Shown here piece by piece: positions 55,213 through 59,091 of a stretch of DNA of 59,091 nucleotides. Source of the stretch: Candidatus Omnitrophota bacterium (GTDB lineage Bacteria; Omnitrophota; Gorgyraeia; Tantalellales; Tantalellaceae); contig DAONGE010000008.1 of the NCBI GenBank assembly GCA_035403965.1, positions 1 to 59,091 on the forward strand, given 5' to 3'. The notes beneath the pieces were generated by a model, which saw only the letters and a program-made list of their open reading frames with translations, was not told the DNA's origin and did not search any database. The first letter of the stretch is position 1, and each line of letters opens with the position of its first letter. A program made the translations under genes and the position numbers.

Positions 55213-56376
55213 ATGAAAATATCACGCCGGCATAAACGGACGCCGTTCCGTACGATAGTAACGCGAAAGATATCGGATATTCCGAAAGAACACTGGAACG
55301 CTGTTTATCCTAATGTTCTGGAAGGGTATGATTTTTTTAGAACGCTGGATGAGTCGAACATCGATCAATTTGCGTTTTATTATATCATTGTGTATGAACA
55401 AAAAAAGCCGGTCGGCGCGGCGCCGTGTTTTCTCCTAGATTATTCTCTTGATACAAGTATCAACGGCCCTTTGCGGCGTATATCTAACGCGATATGCAAG
55501 GTCATGCCTCGGATATTCAGTATCCGCGCTTTTGTATGCGGGATGCCGATCGGGCAAGGACAAATAGGTATCGCGCATGACGCCGATAAGGTCGTGAAGG
55601 TTATTATGCGGCGCATGGAGCAGATGGCTAAAAAAAACAGGGCATCGGTTATCGCTTTTAAGGATTTTGATCAGGCCGCCTGCGCTGTGTTGGATCCGAT
55701 ACAGAAAGAAGGGTTTAAAAAAATAGAAGGGCTTCCTACCACGATTCTTAACGTGTGGTTCAAGGATTTTGAGGAATATCTCAATACCCTTTCAGGCGGA
55801 AATAGATATGATCTGAGGCGGAAATTTAAAAAGGTGGACGGTAAGGTCAAAATAGACTTTGAGGAAGTTGTTCGTCTTGAAGGCGAAGCGCTGAAAGATG
55901 TGTATAAATTGTATCTTGATATCGTGGAACGTCATGATATGAGATTCGAATTGCTGCCGATCGATTTTTTTATAAATATATCAAAGAACATGCCGCAAAA
56001 TTCGCGTTATTTTCTTTGGCGTATCGACGGTAAACTTGTGACATTTCTTTTTTGTTTTATATCTAAGGATCTTTTCTTGGACTATTATGTCGGGTTGGAC
56101 TATTCTGTAGCGCATAAATACCATCTTTATTTTGTGAAATTCCGTGATATGATTAATTGGTGCATAAAACACAAGATCCCAAAATATGAGATGGGGTTTA
56201 CGGGGTATGAACCTAAACGGAGGCTCGGTTTCGATTTTGTTCCGTTCTATTTTTACGTGAAGCTCCGGAATAGTATGCTTCGTCCGGTGTTCGACCTTTT
56301 ATGTAATTTTTTAAAATTTGAGAATTTCGATCCAGTACTTAAAGAAGTAAAGAAAGAGCGCAGACATGCTAAATGA
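55213..56376 (+). CDS. FemAB-like / GNAT-fold acyltransferase family protein (tentative)
   Basis: 387 aa. The overall pattern (HWNAVYPN...FFRTLDES..., YDLRRKFKKV, two-lobed length) resembles BioF2-like/CelD-like/FemAB-like acyltransferases. This assignment is from memory of family patterns only. Confidence 0.4.
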   Translation: MKISRRHKRTPFRTIVTRKISDIPKEHWNAVYPNVLEGYDFFRTLDESNIDQFAFYYIIVYEQKKPVGAAPCFLLDYSLDTSINGPLRRISNAICKVMPRIFSIRAFVCGMPIGQGQIGIAHDADKVVKVIMRRMEQMAKKNRASVIAFKDFDQAACAVLDPIQKEGFKKIEGLPTTILNVWFKDFEEYLNTLSGGNRYDLRRKFKKVDGKVKIDFEEVVRLEGEALKDVYKLYLDIVERHDMRFELLPIDFFINISKNMPQNSRYFLWRIDGKLVTFLFCFISKDLFLDYYVGLDYSVAHKYHLYFVKFRDMINWCIKHKIPKYEMGFTGYEPKRRLGFDFVPFYFYVKLRNSMLRPVFDLLCNFLKFENFDPVLKEVKKERRHAK

Positions 56377-56785
56377 ACGCCTTACTTTTAAAGTGTTTTT
56401 TTTGATCATTCTGAACGATATCGGGGATACTTTGTCCCAGCTTATAATGAAAAAAGGACTTATCCAGACCGGCATCGATAGCGTGACATTCGGGAATATA
56501 GTGGAATTCATAGCCAGAAATTCCACATCACTGCTTTTGTGGATCGGTATATTGATATATACGCTGAACTTTTTTATTTGGATAGCTGTATTGTACAAAG
56601 TGGATCTCAGCGTCGCTATGCCAGTGGGAAGTACCTGCTATATTCTGGTGCCGATAGCTGCGGTGATATTTCTTGGTGAACACGTGGGATTATTAAGGTG
56701 GATCGGGATCGCTTTGATAATTTTGGGAATCCATTTTGTGACACAAAGTAAAAACACTCCGAGAAAGGTAGCATCCTGTGCTTAA
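56366..56785 (+). CDS. Small four-TM EamA/DMT half-transporter (first of a pair)
   Basis: 139 aa with four hydrophobic helices. Overlaps both the upstream and the downstream gene. Confidence 0.55.
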   Translation: MLNERLTFKVFFLIILNDIGDTLSQLIMKKGLIQTGIDSVTFGNIVEFIARNSTSLLLWIGILIYTLNFFIWIAVLYKVDLSVAMPVGSTCYILVPIAAVIFLGEHVGLLRWIGIALIILGIHFVTQSKNTPRKVASCA

Positions 56786-57149
56786 GATCGTATTAATAGT
56801 CCTGATAGCCGAAATATTCACCGCGGCGGGGCATATCCTGTTCAAAAAAACCACGAATGAGCTTGGGACGCATAAACTGGGAAATATAGAAGGCCACGGG
56901 CGTTTTATCGCCGATGTTATCAAACGTCCTGCGATATGGGTGGGGTTCGTGTTGATGGGGCTTGGGCTTGTCGCTTGGATAATAGCCCTTTCCCAGGGGG
57001 ATCTCAGTCTGGTTTTTCCTTTAGGAAGTATTCAGTACCTTATTATTCTTTTTTCAGCTAAAATTTTTCTGGGCGAGGAGATCGACCGTATGAAATTAAT
57101 CGGGACGCTTCTTGTCGTGGCCGGGATCGTTTTAATAACGATCAGCTGA
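56778..57149 (+). CDS. Small four-TM EamA/DMT half-transporter (second of a pair)
   Basis: 123 aa, GTG start, four hydrophobic helices. The paired arrangement is reminiscent of ArnE/ArnF. Confidence 0.55.
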   Translation: MLKIVLIVLIAEIFTAAGHILFKKTTNELGTHKLGNIEGHGRFIADVIKRPAIWVGFVLMGLGLVAWIIALSQGDLSLVFPLGSIQYLIILFSAKIFLGEEIDRMKLIGTLLVVAGIVLITIS

Positions 57150-57201
57150 TAAATTATTAAAGTGTGATTAATTTAACTTACGTTAAATAAAGTAAAGCCG
57201 G

Positions 57202-57230
57202 TTGACTGCGTGGGTTATTTCAAATATAAT
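57202..57230 (+). promoter_or_regulatory. Consensus-like sigma70 promoter
   Basis: TTGACT (57202-57207), 17-nt spacer, TATAAT (57225-57230), 35 nt upstream of ATG 57266. Confidence 0.6.
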
Positions 57231-57265
57231 AATGTCGTTCGTGATAACGTTTAAAAGGCAAGTTA

Positions 57266-57790
57266 ATGTATTACGAATCCGTTTTTAAGGCGTTCAACAA
57301 AAATAAGATCCAATATCTTGTCGCCGGAGGGCTTGCGGTGAATTTGCACGGCGTACCGCGTATGACGCCGGACCTTGACGTTCTTGTCGCGGCTGACGAC
57401 GTGAATCTGAAAAAGATCGTGACCGTTCTGACGTCTTTGAAATATACGAATCGTCTCCCGGGTAACGCCGAGCATCTCGCGGACCGGGAAAAACGGGAAG
57501 CGTGGATAAAAAACAGGAATCTTACGGCGTATACTTTTTATAATAAAAAAGAGCCGTTCATGGAAGTCGATATATTGCTTGTATCGCCCGTAAGCTTTGA
57601 AGAAGCGTATAAGCGCAGGGTTGTTAAAAAGGGCAGAGGGATATCGATCCCTATAGTGTCGATGGAAGACCTGATTACCATGAAATGGGAAGTTAAACGG
57701 GAGACGGATCTCGACGATATTAGAATGTTGAAGATGCTAATTTATCACAGGGATAGGAATGATAAAAAAGACAGTAAAAGAAGAAAATAA
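57266..57790 (+). CDS. Minimal nucleotidyltransferase-fold (Pol-beta superfamily) protein
   Basis: AGG-x13-DLDVLV in YLVAGGLAVNLHGVPRMTPDLDVLVAADD fits the hG[GS]x9-13Dh[DE]h motif; 174 aa. Confidence 0.5.
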   Translation: MYYESVFKAFNKNKIQYLVAGGLAVNLHGVPRMTPDLDVLVAADDVNLKKIVTVLTSLKYTNRLPGNAEHLADREKREAWIKNRNLTAYTFYNKKEPFMEVDILLVSPVSFEEAYKRRVVKKGRGISIPIVSMEDLITMKWEVKRETDLDDIRMLKMLIYHRDRNDKKDSKRRK

Positions 57791-57965
57791 ACGCTTTCTG
57801 GAAATGATACTGAAATTCCAGAGTTCATCCGTAGCCGCACGGCTTGATTGGCTTGAAGAGGCCAATCGTCTTACCTATTCTGTTCTTACTAAGAGCGAAC
57901 GATCCGTGCGTAAAAAATTATTAAGCCGGGATCAGATCGTAAGATCCGAGACATCACTGAAGTGA
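57759..57965 (+). CDS. Hypothetical 68-aa helical protein overlapping the nucleotidyltransferase gene end
   Basis: ORF only, with a 32-nt overlap on the upstream gene. No recognisable motif. Confidence 0.25.
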   Translation: MIKKTVKEENKRFLEMILKFQSSSVAARLDWLEEANRLTYSVLTKSERSVRKKLLSRDQIVRSETSLK

Positions 57966-57988
57966 TCTAAAAAATATAAGGAGCGAGT

Positions 57989-58981
57989 TTGAAGTCAGAA
58001 CAACAAATTATTATGGTCACAGGTGGTTCGGGTTTTATAGGGTCGAATTTTGTGCGGTATATGCTCAAAAAATATAAGAACTATAAGATCGTGAACTTTG
58101 ACGCGCTTACATATGCCGGTAATCCGGATAACCTAAGGGATATAGCTTCTGATAAACGATACAAGTTCGTTAAGGGCAATATAGCAAAAAGGAACGATGT
58201 GAAAGCCGTTATGAAAAACGTGGATTATGTCGTTCATTTCGCCGCGGAGTCGCATGTGGATAGGAGCATAAAGAGGTCGGAAGTATTTATAAAAACGAAT
58301 ATCGTCGGGACACATATGCTTCTTGAGCTGGCGAGGGAAAATAAAATTAAAAAATTCGTGCATGTTTCCACAGACGAGGTGTATGGAAGTCTTGGTTCTG
58401 CGGGATATTTTACGGAAAAAAGTCCGATAAGCCCGAATAGCCCTTATTCGGCAAGCAAGGCCTCCAGCGATCATCTGGTCAGGGCGTATTGTGAGACATA
58501 TAAGTTCCCCGGAGTGATAACGAGGTGCTCAAATAATTATGGGCCGTATCAGTTCCCGGAGAAACTTATACCGCTTATGATAACTAATGCGCTGAACGAC
58601 AAAAGCCTGCCTGTTTACGGCGACGGTTTGAATGTACGCGATTGGTTATTTGTCGAGGATCACTGCTCGGCGATCGACACCGTTCTGCACAAAGGCCGTG
58701 TGGGGGAAGTGTACAATATCGGCGGAAATAACGAATGGAAGAACATCGATATAGTAAAGACCATATTGAAAGAGCTGAACAAACCGGAAACCCTGATAGA
58801 ATTTGTGACGGATAGGCTCGGGCATGACCGGCGTTACGCGATAGACGCGACAAAGATAAAAAACGAATTGGGTTGGTCCCCGGCTACCGGTTTCAACGAA
58901 GGTATCAAAAAAACGATCAAATGGTATCTCGCGAACCCAAAATGGATCGCCCGCATCAAAAGCGGCGCGTACCGACGCTAG
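57989..58981 (+). CDS. rfbB: dTDP-glucose 4,6-dehydratase
   Basis: Motifs VTGGSGFIGSNF, YSASKASSDHLV and HVSTDEVYG. AAGGAG precedes the TTG start at 57989. Confidence 0.95.
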   Translation: MKSEQQIIMVTGGSGFIGSNFVRYMLKKYKNYKIVNFDALTYAGNPDNLRDIASDKRYKFVKGNIAKRNDVKAVMKNVDYVVHFAAESHVDRSIKRSEVFIKTNIVGTHMLLELARENKIKKFVHVSTDEVYGSLGSAGYFTEKSPISPNSPYSASKASSDHLVRAYCETYKFPGVITRCSNNYGPYQFPEKLIPLMITNALNDKSLPVYGDGLNVRDWLFVEDHCSAIDTVLHKGRVGEVYNIGGNNEWKNIDIVKTILKELNKPETLIEFVTDRLGHDRRYAIDATKIKNELGWSPATGFNEGIKKTIKWYLANPKWIARIKSGAYRR

Positions 58982-59091
58982 ATCGGGACGTTTCCAAAAT
59001 CAATCCCAGACCTGTCCCAACGTTAAGATCAGATCTGTTGTAAATGCTCAGTAATTAGGTAACACTTTTGGTACAATAATACCGAAAGGAG

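Noticed and set aside
58982-59091. TGGTACAAT extended -10-like sequence at the window end, resembling the repeat-associated TTTGGT box
   Set aside because: The match is too short, and the downstream context is cut off by the window edge.

Overview
59.1-kb chromosomal window from a diderm (Gram-negative-type) bacterium, probably an uncultivated lineage; I cannot assign a taxon from sequence alone. All but two of about 58 credible genes are on the + strand. Most sit in compact housekeeping operons: two parvulin chaperones-pdxA-rsmA; gatCAB; S41 protease-YibQ-like deacetylase-tsaD-MgtC; a bactofilin/HTH/PDZ/HAMP cluster; polA-coaE-rho; rpmE-prfA-prmC-murA; rpsP-trmD-rplS-rnhB; a C1-tetrahydrofolate cluster (fhs-like, fchA, folD, metF, panB); mnmA; and one elongator tRNA-Met(CAT). 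Downstream of the tRNA (32.1-36.0 kb) is a loosely packed, repeat-rich stretch of monocistronic secreted or hypothetical genes. After it come a ttcA-like/cupin/U32 cluster, nfnAB-like genes, gdhA, fba, an MscS channel, a GT2 (- strand), an OsmC/TIGR00725/B12-radical-SAM trio, a 2098-aa repeat-rich surface protein, an envelope-glycan-type cluster and rfbB. I saw no rRNA, CRISPR array, transposase, integrase, reverse transcriptase or recognisable defence operon. The most unusual signals are non-coding. (1) A 65-nt conserved core occurs twice, each time closed by a 19-bp stem; the two stems are unrelated in sequence but identical in geometry, down to a G-U wobble at the same position. A related but uninterrupted 32-bp palindrome sits at a third locus. 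(2) A 153-bp MITE-like element with 23-bp terminal inverted repeats is present in about three copies. (3) The tRNA 3' end is duplicated in an att-like manner. (4) An orphan consensus-promoter/terminator unit could be an sRNA or an attenuator leader. Protein-level oddities are a bactofilin fused to an excisionase-type HTH, an Fhs homologue lacking the P-loop lysine, and an N-terminally truncated PrmC. All alignments were done by eye and no database search was possible.
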